From NCBI GenBank assembly GCA_002269645.1, contig NIVC01001259.1:160010-224009 (forward strand): a stretch of 64,000 nucleotides of DNA. The letters are read 5' to 3'. Origin of the DNA: Macrostomum lignano. Taxonomy: Eukaryota. The notes under the pieces were generated by a model. It saw only the letters and a list, made by a program, of their open reading frames with translations, had not been told where the DNA came from and searched no databases. Positions 35,226 to 47,951 of this stretch are shown piece by piece (position 1 is the stretch's first letter; every line of letters begins with the position of its first letter). Made by a program: the position numbers and the translations under genes.

Positions 35226-38200
35226 CAACCATCCCTCACCCCACCCACTCTCGTTGAACCTTTCATTTCCCGTCCATCATCCTCGAGCTCAGAACTTTAT
35301 CCTAAAGTTCGAACTGACTACACACTGCCATTAGCAAAAAACGATATCGAATCCTTTTTAATCAGCATTTTTGAAAAAAAGAATTAATTCTGAATCGAGG
35401 CGCAAAATGTTTTTATTTTATTGGAGACAGAATGTTTAATTAATAATAATTGGTCAAATATGCCTATTGAAAAAAAAGTGTAAAACATGCAGATAATACA
35501 TGAAAAGGTATGGTTCATTTTGGTGAATATGCCAATATTGTTTAGACTACCTGCTAACTAATTGTCTAATTAGTCTAATAAACTTTGCGATTTTACAAAA
35601 TTATTTAATTGACTGATAATATTGATATTCGAAAGATACCAATAAAAAGAGGAATGACTAGCCAATAAAATAACTGATTAAAACATAACTAATTATTAAA
35701 ATAAATCGAACAAAAAAATCTTACCTTTCGATTTTTGCAGTACTCTTTAAATAAACAATGGACAAATTACACAATTTACCAAAAACGAGACATTTTATTC
35801 AACAAAGAAGCAAATAAATAGTGGTTTAATTTTCAGCTGATTTATACAAACGAGAAGTTAGTTATTTCAACTCTTTTAACGTAAGATGAAATAGGGGGGG
35901 GTATACGACAAGGGTTTTCGACACGGTCAGTATGGGGGGAGGGACGAGAGAGTACGCGCAAAATGGGGTGTGGGGGACGGGGGAGGGGTTGCAGCAGCTA
36001 TAATAAGATGGGTCCGGCGCGGCGGAGGGAGCGAGAGAGGGTTTTATGCCATTAGAAAAAGAAATGGAGTCAGACATGGTGGGGTGGGTTGTCTACAATA
36101 TTTCAAGCCCACAAACCCCGGGAGGGGGTGGCGGGCTGGCCTACCCTCTCTCCCTAAAGCCACCCACCACCTCAAAACAGTTGGTGCGTCAGTAAGGGAG
36201 AGTTCGTGCAGCGTGTGGGGGGGGGGTTAGATAGGAAAGTGAAATGCGGGGAAGGGTTTCGTTTAATAACACACACTTCTCTTGCCCCTAGTATTAGACA
36301 CATTTACATTGCTTTTTATTCTTAGAGGCCGTTAGTGTCGAAATTCTAAGTAAAAAAACGAAGCCAGAAAATTTGCTCACAGTTACATTACTGTCTATGC
36401 ATAATCGTAAGCAATGTGCAAATTAAAGAGCTTGCTTGACCCTCAAACTCAAACGAAACGATATTTTTTCCATGTATTTCTTATGGAGAATTTTCTATTA
36501 TCGTGGCCTAACCTTTTGAAGGTTAAGATATGCAATCGCATTTTTACTCGTATCTTGGTGATAAGTACTTACATATCATTAATAAGGCAAGTAGGGAGAG
36601 AAATATATCTTAGGAATAGCATGCAAAATGGTAAAAATGCATGCCCAGCAGCATAAAAAACTTTGAATATCCAGTTAAAAAGTAGTAAAAACGGAAAAGT
36701 TGCAGGTAGGCAGCTAGCGAGCACTTGAAATCTTAACACTCAAAACTCATAACATCCAGCCTGTAGTAGATTCACAGTCAGAATAAGTCAATGAAAAAAA
36801 CAAGCATCTGATACGAGAATTTTGATTACTTAAAAAAAGGAAATGAATCAGACAGATCCAACAGTATCTAAAACATTATAGTCCTTGAGATTTTAGGCGA
36901 TGTGTCAAACCATGCTACTTGCAGTAGCAATGAAACAACACAAACGGGAAAAAGCGATTGGTCACTTCATTCCATTTGGATTAATTCCAGAAATAATGAA
37001 TGTGGATTCTCCATAAGACTCTGTAGGGCAATTCAATAAGTCATTTAAACAAATTTAGTGTCATATTAGGTAGGTTTTTTATTTGTAGGAACATTATACA
37101 AGTTGGCACAATGCTAACAAAATTGTTTCATCATTCCTCTATTTTAAAATTTCATAGCAAGACTGATAGAAAAAATCTAGAACTTGGGGTATTTTTATAT
37201 TGAAAAAAAACAAAAAACAGTCCATTGCCACCCTATTAAGGCTTAAGGGATATATACATCAAAATAGCCACAGGACTAAAACAGCCACATAACAAAACAG
37301 CCACAAGGCCAGAATGGCTAGCACAGCAAACAAAATGGACACAATAACAATTTTTTGGTTGTTATGTTATGCAGAAAGTTGTCTGCAATGGCATAGCTTA
37401 TTATTTAGCATTTAATGCATGCTTTATTATAACCATTCAATCCTACAAGTTGGACATAATTGGTGTATTTGTATCATTCAATATAGTGTTACAGGGCTGA
37501 TTCCTCTGTCTAGAACTCTCAGCCACTGATACCAAAGTTGTCGTAGGGCTGATTCTTCCTTCTTAATAATATCCCACTATTGCCACCAAGTTGTAACAGG
37601 GGTTATTCCTGTTTGCCAACTACAGTTATCCTGATTATACTTGTTTCTACTCCCTAACTATTTCTTAGAATTTCATTTAAATTTTTCTGGGTAGCGTTCT
37701 TAGTATCGTTTCTGCTAGCTTATGGCCAGCTTTCTGGTAGCGTTCTGGTAGCTTATGACTAGCCTTCTGGTAGCGTTCTGGTAGCTTATGGCCTGAGCGG
37801 TCTAGTACTGGTATATGTATTAGTGAATAGTCCTAATCGGGCGTTACCGAGACTAGAGGGTCACGGCGCCTCTCTTAGTATATCTCCAAGAATTAGTCCC
37901 AATTTCCCTTCTCTTAGCAAATTTCTTAGGATCGTTTCACAGGTTTTGCAAATGAATAAGTCGCTATTCAACTCAAAAAGACTTTGAAAGGTTTAGCTTG
38001 AACTTCTTATTTCGTTCGCAATATTGCTCACTGGTAAAAGACAGTTGGTTTATTTGCTACAAAATCGCTCCTATATATAGTGGTTTCCCCCCCATACGAT
38101 TAAAACAAAAAATAATTCCCCAATTTATTTCGCGCAGTAAAACAAATTATTCAGTACAGTAAAACAAAATATTTATCTAGTATTTCGCACAAGTTTGGTT

Positions 38201-41200
38201 TCTAAGAAAACATACCTTTATTGCTCAAAATTTGTACAGTATTGAAGCACTACTACAATAGCTTGGTGCAATAGTTTTTGCAGAAAATAGCAAAGGTAAA
38301 ACTTTATTTTGTTTTTATTACATTTAAAAGTATGACATATGAGGTAATACAAAATATGGCAATAGAATTTGCAAATTTCTTGCAATGTGTACAATGTGGC
38401 CATTGCATGTGTTGCATTTCGATAGTACCCTGACTTAAGTGCACCACATGCCTATCCTAATTGCAAATTTCTTTGCTATACCTTATTATGCCATACCTGG
38501 TATATACCACATTAGATTAGATAAGCATAGAAATAAAAAACAGTCATAAAACAAAATATATTTCTAGAATCTATAGCTTTGTTTTAATCATTTCTTTTAA
38601 AGTAGTTACCTATTTTCTATTTAATGTATGGTATATCCCTTTTATTCTAGGAGGTATTCTATGACTATAAATATAATAGCTATGATTTTAAAGAATGTAT
38701 ATGTGTAGCTAGGTTATTAACTGTTAAAGCCATAATACTATTTCAAATTTTAGTTCCAAATTAAAAAGTAGGACAATAACTAGTATAAGTAAAAAATAAA
38801 AAAGGTAGCCACATACTTTGATGCTATACATTTTGGTACTAAGGCAATTTAGTATCAAAGCAAATAGAAGCTTTGCAAGGAATAAAGAGTTATGCAGGAG
38901 TGTTTTTTCTTTTAAGTTAAATTTTCATGGGTTTTTAGGCCTAGTCTAAAATTTCATTTTCTAAAATCTAATTTCATAAATTGGCCACAGACATACACAC
39001 AGAGTTTTGATTATAGATAGAGATATATACTGACATTGTTATTAAAGATTTTATACTTTTATTTTAAGAAAGAACATAAGTTTTGAAGAACATATATAAT
39101 TCATATACTATATAATTTAAGTAATTTAAAGTATTAAATTTGAATCTTAAATTAATTACTATACAGGGATTGCCTTTGATATAGCTAAAATATGAGGGGT
39201 GTCCTAAAATTAATGTCATTTTTTCTTGCTATCAATCTATCATATTCTGATAAGATGCTAATAATAGTTGCCTTTGCCTATAAAGTGGTTCATCTTAGCT
39301 CTTTAAGGTCAAAAGTCCCATTGTTTATGTGCTTGTTACTCAGCACAATAAGTTATGATTTGAGCACCCTTGGCTATAGATTTACATAGATATGCAGTCT
39401 ATTCTGACTTGGGTAGAAGCAAGCATCAATAGAGCTAAGGCAGCACAAACTTGCAGAGCATGGATGACTTAAGATGTATTAATGTCATGGACATGAGTAT
39501 TCAATTTGTTCTATAGAAAGGCAATAATATGCCATATTCTCCATTTGGAATCTTAGTCAAACTGTCTAGATCCATGCAAACCTGATCCATATCTATAGTG
39601 CTAACACAATCAATAGAAGAATGGTCTACTAGTTGGTGAAGCAGTTTGAGGCTAGTTAAGAAAGTGTAGCCAACTTGCCTTAGTATCTATGATGACTATG
39701 ATGGCAGAAATGTGTCTACTAGCACATAAAAACTATGTTAAAAAGAGGACAACACCCATAGATGGGGGTGAGTAATTATATACTTTATTATATAAAAGTA
39801 TGTCCTTGGCCTAATGCTAAATCCTTTATAAACCTATTCACATTTTTCTAATTTCAAAAGTTTTAGTAACATTTTGTTGCTAAATAAAACCATTATTAAG
39901 TGATTATTTCCATTGTTTAAATATATATTTATGAAAGGTATTGCAAGCAAGTGACATGAGAATAACTTTGGCCAATTGGTTCTTACTGATGTTAAAATGT
40001 ATATAAACATGTGCATAATGACTTACTTACCTCTCACTCCTTGGTTAGCCCCTATTGGAATAAGTTTTCAGACACTGTGGACAGTGCATCTAGTGCGCCA
40101 TGGCAATCATAAAGTGGCCTGGACGGTGCGTCATGACAATCTTCAAATCCTAAGGTGGTATGGACGATGTGTCATTCAAATCTTCAAATCCTAGGGTGCC
40201 ATAGCACTCTAGGTTTAGGTGATATTGTGCATGACTCCAGTCTCTATCATGTTCATTCTGATGATGCATCACTCGTTTTTGAGAGATTTAAAGAGATTGA
40301 GAGAAAGTTGTGTGTTTTACCGCACTTGTGTTTTACTGCACTCTGTTCTGTACTGTACTTCTGCCCCCTTCTGTTGTAGTTGTATCTATTTCTTAATTCT
40401 TAGTCTACTCGTCTTTTGACTTACAAAGTTACATTGTTGGTCTATTCAAAGAAAAATAAATAATGTAAATAGTGTGGCAATTGAATCAGTGAGTACTTAA
40501 AATAATTACGAACACTGAAACCCTTTACTTCAATTTGGCTAATCGGTTAATACAAAATGAAGAAACTCCGTGATGAACAACACAGAGTTCACGAACAAAC
40601 AAAATTGTCTTTGCCTTATCCACACACTTTTTCAGTAGTAGTTGTAGCACTTTGGCTCGGGTCGGGTTATCAAATCTGATAACTATTTAGCATGGTGTTT
40701 CGAAGAATATTTTCACATTTAAATGTCAGCATAAATAAATGTACGCGCAACCAATCAAAAAGATAATTAAACAAAGCAGAAAATTTGTTGAGACTTTTAA
40801 TAGAATTTAGTTTACTTTTTTATTTCTTGCAACTGTGTTATAAGAGAACATTAAGAGCAATTAGCATTTGGCACTATGTTATAATGTTTATGAGGCAATA
40901 AAGAACATTTCTGCTGCGATCTTTCAACTACAATTTCCAATTTTACGATTAACTTGCATGCATATTCTAGATGACACAGCAATCAATACATATGATAGGA
41001 GATATGCTATACTATAGCCCATAGCAATATTATCAAAGTTATAGAAATTAGAAAAACAAGTTTTACTTACAGTTTGCTGAATTTCCACCGTGCTGCTGAC
41101 TTTCTCCTGTGCATGCTTCTCATCCTTGTTCAGCAGCGCTGTATGTAGCGCGTGATGTCCTCCTTGCATCTTACCTGTGAGCTGCCATGCGCCATGACTA

Positions 41201-41565
41201 TGAGGAAAAAGAAAAAGTGCGCCGGACGCCATCCGCGAAAATACCACTTATTCCAATAGGGTGGTTAGCTACCCCATAATTTTGTTGTCTAGTATATAGC
41301 AACCCTATTCCCATTATGTACATTTTAATATGGTTTCAATGTCAGTAAAAACCAATTGACCAAAGTTATATATAATATGACATTACTTTTAGGATATCCC
41401 TTATAATTAAAATCAGATAAGGCCCTAATTTTATTATTTCTATCTTATCCACATGGCACACTGATAAGGTAGCTACCTTATCTTCTATATATACTATAGG
41501 AATAAGTTGTTATACTACAATTAAACTAGAAAAACAAACTAAATTATTCATTACATAACATCTTT

Positions 41566-42543
41566 CGCCATGACTAGGGAGGGGACATGGCGGCCGTGCC
41601 TCTAACTCTATGTCTAAGGACACGGCCGCCATGTCCCTAGCTACCACGCTACTCTGTGCCTAGAGCCACGGCAGCCATGTCTTTAGCTGTGTGGACTCGC
41701 TGTGTGTATGGGGACACAGCGGCCATGTTCCTAATAATCTACTACTCACATGCCTAGGGGCACGGCGGTTGTCTCTGAACAATGGGCTTTAAATGCAACA
41801 TGATTCGATATATGTATGTAAGGTAGCTCGAACGTTGCCAGTAGTGTCCATAAAGACGGTCAAATATTGTGTCAATCCAATATACTGAAACTCCTTTTAA
41901 ATTATACTATTATATTGTACAAGTATACTATGTTGTAGAATGCACAAACTTGTTCGTTTTTTGTTTTATTTATTATTGCTTTTTTTGATGCGTACATATC
42001 TCAAGCATTTTTGTTGAAATTGACTGTTTGCAGGAATATAATTTAAGAATTGAACTTCTTACCTACCATGCCTAGAGTACCTTACAAAAATACATGTAGC
42101 GCCATGCAATTACTTTATATACATTTATGTTAGCGCATCCAACATAGAATGGGGCGGTTAGCGGATGCATGTACAATATAGTATATACTTGTGAGTTTTA
42201 GTATATTGGAAAAGATTGATTGACACAATATTTGACCATCTTTACGGACACTACCGGCAATGTTCAAGCTACCTACGTACATGTATCGAATCATGTTGCA
42301 TTTAAAGCCCATTGTTCAGAGACAACTGCCGTGCCCCTAGGCATGTGAGTGGTAGATTATTAGGAACACGGCCGCTGTGTCCCCATACATGCCCATGCTA
42401 CGTCCCTATGCCGCGAGTCCACATAGCTAAAGACATGGCCACCATGGCTCTAGGCACAGAGTAGCGTGGTAGCTAGGGACATGGCAGCCGTGTCCTTAGA
42501 CATAGAGTTAGAGGCACGGCCACCATGTCCCTAGTCATGGCAA
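41566..42543. mobile_element. Foldback / non-autonomous TIR element with ~360-bp inverted arms
   Basis: 41566-41921 is the reverse complement of 42170-42543 around a ~250-bp spacer. The flanks acatcttt (41558-41565) and atatcttt (42544-42551) resemble an 8-bp TSD. Confidence 0.75.
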
Positions 42544-43210
42544 ATATCTTTAAGAAGACAGGATAGACTATTTAGTCATTATGTTATATAGAAGACATTA
42601 ACTATTCCCTAAAGTAGGCATAAGTATAGCCTATAGGAAGATAAGATAGCTATTTTATCAATAGGCCTATACCATATGGAGAAGATAGAAACTATTCTTA
42701 TGGCAAAGAGATGGCTATGTTGCCTATGTTATGCAGATAAACAGAAAATTATTCCCACTGTACTATAAAAAATAAGCCAGAAATTAGTCTTATGGTACCA
42801 TGGGGATAAGCACTGCTTTATTAAAAACAATAATCAATAAAAAATATTTATATTATTACCTAAATATAATCAGCCTATTTGCTATAGTATTATATTGCAA
42901 ATAAAATTTAGGATATATAAAAAATTTTATAGACCTAAGTTAAGAAACTTAATTTAAAAATTGAATACTATAAATATAGCATAATATCGTAATGAAGTTA
43001 ATTGCTTAAAAAACAAGGTAACCAATTTGACACCTGAAATTAAAATTTAAAATGTGAAAAATAGGTAACCTTGCCTGCCCCTGCCCCTGGCCTAGTCTAC
43101 TAAGCACTAGGGGCTTAGTAGACTAAATTGAACCATCTAAATTGTCAAAACTGCCTAGGCATATCAAATGATTCAAACCAAGCTAAAAATTCATGGAATA
43201 CTATATTAGC

Positions 43211-43610
43211 GGGTACCGGTCGTTTCGGTGACAGACGTGAGGTGGGGCGGAGAAAAGAATTGGTGACCTGTTTGGGTGGTTTCTAGAACTTTGAATTCCC
43301 ACCTTCGTTATTCCGGCACTCGTAAAGCCGGAAAGTTTTACGAATGATTCAAAACGCTTTTCTCCTTTGATACTCCGTCTGCCGGGTCTTCAATTCCGGG
43401 AGAGGGTAGTCGCAATTGCGGTCGAGCGGTCTTGAGCAGGCACGGTCGTTCAGATGGTAGACACAGCGGTCTTGACACCGTAAATTAATGCGTCGATATG
43501 CTGAGCTGATTACTTTCAGAAGAGTAGCGCTGCACTACTGCAGTATCTTTTGCTTGTCACCGAAACGACTGTCACCGAAACGTCTTGTCACCGAAACGAC
43601 TGTAAGATCC
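43211..43610. mobile_element. 400-bp MITE-like element with GG...CC termini and 8-bp TSD
   Basis: Left end gggtaccggtcgtttcggtgacagacg and right end cgtcttgtcaccgaaacgactgtaagatcc are inverted; atattagc occurs at 43203-43210 and 43611-43618. Confidence 0.7.
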
Positions 43611-44182
43611 ATATTAGCTGAGATCCATATTAGCTGAGTCTGGTCTGGCTCCTTTCCATCAAGGAGGTCCTCTGGTACGTACGTGGTACAACTGGTACCT
43701 GCATGGCACTGAAAGTGGAACCTTGGCTCTACTATACTTGATTCAAGTTGATTGTCGATTGTGAATCTTGTGATTGCAGCTGTTCCCACGATGAACAAAC
43801 CAAGCCGTGGCAATTTTAATTTCACTTAGCCAAGCTCATATTAAAGACCTGAGCATTACATACAGAAGCCCTCGCCAAAAAAACAACAAAAAAGAATAAG
43901 GATCTTGAACTTCTTGGAGTTCATAGGCTTAGGCGTAAGCTTTCTAAGGGTCAAGAATGATGAATCAAGATCAAACGGGATGGATGAGCACCTCTTTCGT
44001 TTCGGCGAGAAACAGTAGCCACGGTTATTTTTAGAAATTTTTGTATTTAAAGAAACTTGTAGTGTATTTATTTCTATACTTTTAGCTGCTATATGTACTG
44101 AAACTATTTTAGTTTTACACATAAATTGTTATACATGTGCATATGCGTGCAGCCGCGGAGACTACCTGATGACTTGACTCAC

Positions 44183-44464
44183 GGGGTCGCCATCATAAAC
44201 CCGAAAAATCACAACTCCGAAAGCACTTTCCATCATATAAACCCGAAATATCATAAACCCGAAAAATCACAACTCCGAAATTAATAGCAACGCCCATCAT
44301 AAACCCGAAATATCATAAGCCCGAAATATCATAACTCCGAAAACCAAAATAGTGTTGGACATAGCTAGAACTTTCGGAGTTATGATATTTCGGGCTTATG
44401 ATATTTCGGGTTTATGATGGAAAGCGCTTTTCGGAGTTGTGATTTTTCGGGTTTGTGATACCCC
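44183..44464. mobile_element. ~280-bp palindromic MITE with 15-bp subterminal repeats
   Basis: GGGG...CCCC termini; atcataaacccgaaa / atcacaactccgaaa motifs on the left are mirrored by tttcgggtttatgat / tttcggagttgtgat on the right; imperfect flanking duplication ttgactcac / ttcgactcac. Confidence 0.75.
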
Positions 44465-44666
44465 TTCGACTCACGTATATAGCATTGAATAAATATTGCT
44501 TTTCAGTAAGTTGAGAATTTCATTTAAATTTGCTATTGATCTTGCCACCGACTTGCTCTCCCAATGTGATTCACCGAATATTACGAAGCTCGATCGCTCT
44601 TCCTAAGAAATTGTTACAGTAGGTTTTGTTTTTTCCGGGATTTTCATGTTTTGATCAGAACCAGTA

Positions 44667-45510
44667 TATCGCCAAATCGATGGCTGCAGTATAGGTAGCC
44701 CTTCAGCTCCTGCTCTTGTCGACCTGTGCATGGCTGATTGGGAAGAGAATTGGTCGAACCTTTCCTACTGAGCACCGCGGATTTACATGCTACTACGTGG
44801 ATGACGCGTTTGTCATTAGACAATCATGGAATTCATAATTGAGGGTGGAGAAAAAGAAGCTTCCGATTCTTGACACTGAGCTAGTTGACTGCTCTCGGCA
44901 GAGCTCTCAGTTGAAAATCTACCGTAAACACACGTTTGTTTGTGCTGATGTGACACTTTGATGCCAAGATTGTCCGGCTAATTACATGTACATTGTAACT
45001 GGAAAGTTGGGTTAATCAAATGCCTCCGCATCGCGCTTTCACTGTGTGTTGCTCGTGGTATAGGTTCGGTTCTCGGGAAAGTTCGAGAAAGCCTTTCTTA
45101 TAAATGGCTAAAATGCCGGATTCACATTGCGTTCTGTACTGAGATTGGTCGCGGTTTGCTAGCTAGCAGACTTATATTTAAGTCAGTTGTGTCCCCCTTC
45201 CCCTCAAGTCAATTCCGTTGCTCTGTCGATTAGAGTGTTTCCTACTAGAAGGAAAAACACACGACACCTGCCCACAAAAGCAAGACTTTACTGGCTGAAG
45301 TTCTGCGATTCAAGATCCCACTTGTTAGGTTGTGACAACGGTCTGATGCATCTTTTCACGTATTAGATGGTCGCAAAAACGATTTCAAACTAATAATTAG
45401 ATTAAAGCTTCGCACATTAAATTACACAAACCTATTAGTTTCAATGTGCAACTTGCTTGCTAGCGGTGGGGTGGAACACCAACTCAGAGTGCTGTGATCG
45501 GCACTGAGGA
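44667..45510 (+). mobile_element. Degenerate Penelope-like retroelement (RT and GIY-YIG fragments)
   Basis: YRQIDGCSIGSPSAPALVDLCMADWEE (RT motif with GSP), frameshifted YYVDDAFVI (44791-44817), EKKKLPILD and KIYRKHT, then FHVLDG...EASHIKLHKP...NVQL near 45350-45460. Stops, frameshifts and deletions are present. Confidence 0.85.
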
Positions 45511-45517
45511 TGACTGA

Positions 45518-45618
<101 letters not shown>

Positions 45619-46204
45619 GCATTAAATAATAAATTCTTAACCCTTCTAGCTGTTTCCTAGCTCTTTCGCATCTTTCTTTTCTGCACTTCTTATACACCTT
45701 TCATGCAGTCTCCATGCAGTCTCTCTCTCCTTTCCCCTAAAATTCTGCTCTTTTATTTATTAGTAAACACGAGTACGTGATGTTATTTTATTTTAAAATC
45801 ATAAAAAATGTTTTTAAAGGCTTCTGTATGCATGCTCTGTACTTGTTGCACAGCCCTCAGTTTTAGTCAAACAGGATTAACTTAATTTTTTTGAAGTCAT
45901 CAGTAGCGTAGCTAAGGGTGGGAGCACCCTTTTCCATTTCGGAGAAGTTTTTTTATTGTTTAACACTGATTTCGAAAATCAAGTTTTTCCCGCCGTCTTT
46001 TGCATCCTAATCTGTTAGATCCTCTCCCCAACTGAGTGAAGTTATCCTCCCTCCAAAAATCTAGGTCATGATGTGCTGTTTTTGCTACTATAATTATAAG
46101 AAGGGATTTTGATGCTCCGATTTGTTTTGCTTTGCTTTTTTGCTATCTATAATCTGAACTCTAGTTCCATTAATAATGGTACAACAGTCTGTTATGTCAG
46201 TTTA

Positions 46205-46760
46205 TTAACCTGTTTATAGCAACCTGTTTATAGCAACCTGTTAATAGCAACCTGTTAATAGCAACCTGTTTATAGCAACCTGTTAATAGCAACCTGTTTA
46301 TAGCAACCTGTTTATAGCAACCTGTTTATAGCAACCTGTTAACAGAAACCTGTTTATAGCAACCTGTTTATAGCAACCTGTTAACAGCAACCTGTTAACA
46401 GCAACCTGTTTATAGCAAGCTGTTAACAGCAACCTGTTTATAGCAACCTGTTTATAGCAACCTGTTTATAGCAACCTGTTTATAGCAACCTGTTAACAGC
46501 AACCTGTTTTATAGCAACCTGTTTATAGCAACCTGTTTATAGCAACCTGTTAGCAGCAACCTGTTAACAGCAACCTGTTAATAGCAACCTGTTAATAGCA
46601 ACCTGTTTATAGCAACCTGTTTATAGCAACTTGTTTATAGCAACCTGTTAACAGCAACCTGTTTATAGAAACCTGTTAACAGCAACCTGTTTATAGAAAC
46701 CTGTTAACAGCAACCTGTTTATAGAAACCTGTTTACTAATATGTTTATAGCAACCTATTA
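46205..46760. repeat. 14-bp minisatellite (agcaacctgtttat / agcaacctgttaac)
   Basis: Direct tandem repetition. Confidence 0.93.
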
Positions 46761-47184
46761 CTTATAGCAAGTTTTTCATAAGCACCTGTTTATTAACTGT
46801 AAATTCAGTAACTTGAGTGCTATAACGCACTGAAAACTCAGATTTTTATATGACAGACTATAGAATATTTAGGAAATGCCTGTTTTAATTTGTGTTAATA
46901 AAGCTAATTACTGAAACTATTGTATTTCGCTTTGAGGCAGAATGAACACCCCAATGTTATTCTGACTGACGATCTTGAACCCATCGATATGATGAATGCT
47001 GCTGCGTGTCAGTTACATGCGGTGAATGAGTTATAATATGGTAACAACATGCCTAAACTATGCAGAAAATTATAGGGCTTTTTAGTGAAGGATTGGGAAA
47101 ATGTTTATGTATAGAACAACTACTCGTAATGATGCAGAAGCAGATTAAAGGAATGATAAGCTATGACACCTGAGGCTCTCAGCG

Positions 47185-47372
47185 GCCCACTGCACTCGCT
47201 ACCCTCTTCCACACTGAGGCTTTCAGCGGGCCACTCGCTACCCTCTTCCACACTGAGGCTTTCAGCGGGCCACTCGCTACCCTCTTCCACACTGAGGCTT
47301 TCAGCGGGCCACTCGCTACCCTCTTCCACACTGAGGCTTTCAGCGGGCCACTCGCTACCCCCTTCCACACCT
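47185..47372. repeat. 39-bp minisatellite, ~4.5 copies
   Basis: Unit cactcgctaccctcttccacactgaggctttcagcgggc. Confidence 0.9.
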
Positions 47373-47783
47373 GAATTAATGAGAAAAAGAGCATCAAACT
47401 GGGAAAAGAATTATAAGACATCATCACGATTCAATTCGGCAAGGTAAACGAAATAAAGCAGCCAGCCACAGTCCTCTGCAGCACCGAAATTCCACACTGT
47501 CCCACTCAAACAAAGACGAGAAATGAAAACTGCATAGCAAATTCTTAACTCATTGGCTTATAACAAATAAGTCTTTGTTACTGGCTGAGTTCTGCTCTAA
47601 TTGGTTACGCAAGCGCAGGGGGCACACATGGGACTTCGGCCGAGGGAATTTAGATAAGGCTAAAGTCCCTCATTGTTACTTCAAAGTTCGAGTCACACGG
47701 TGGACAGAAAGGGGATAAAATATGATTGAGAGGGAATTAAGATTGCCAGGGCCCCAACCCCCAAAAGCCACCAGGCCTGGCAA

Positions 47784-47789
47784 TATAAA
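47784..47789 (+). promoter_or_regulatory. Candidate TATA box of the homeobox gene
   Basis: TATAAA ~90 bp upstream of the ATG at 47877; AATAAA at 48500-48505 lies downstream of the stop. Confidence 0.4.
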
Positions 47790-47876
47790 CCCCAGTCCAA
47801 CAATTGGGATTCATAAATTGCCCCACGAGCGAACTGAGTCGAGTTCTGGCTCTTCAAGAAATTTTCCTTTCGCAAC

Positions 47877-47898
47877 ATGGTTTCCCCTAGTAGCAGCT

Positions 47899-47951
<53 letters not shown>

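Noticed and set aside
43535-44122. Two short minus-strand ORFs that might be a decayed gene
   Set aside because: No recognisable motif, interrupted by stops and by a MITE.
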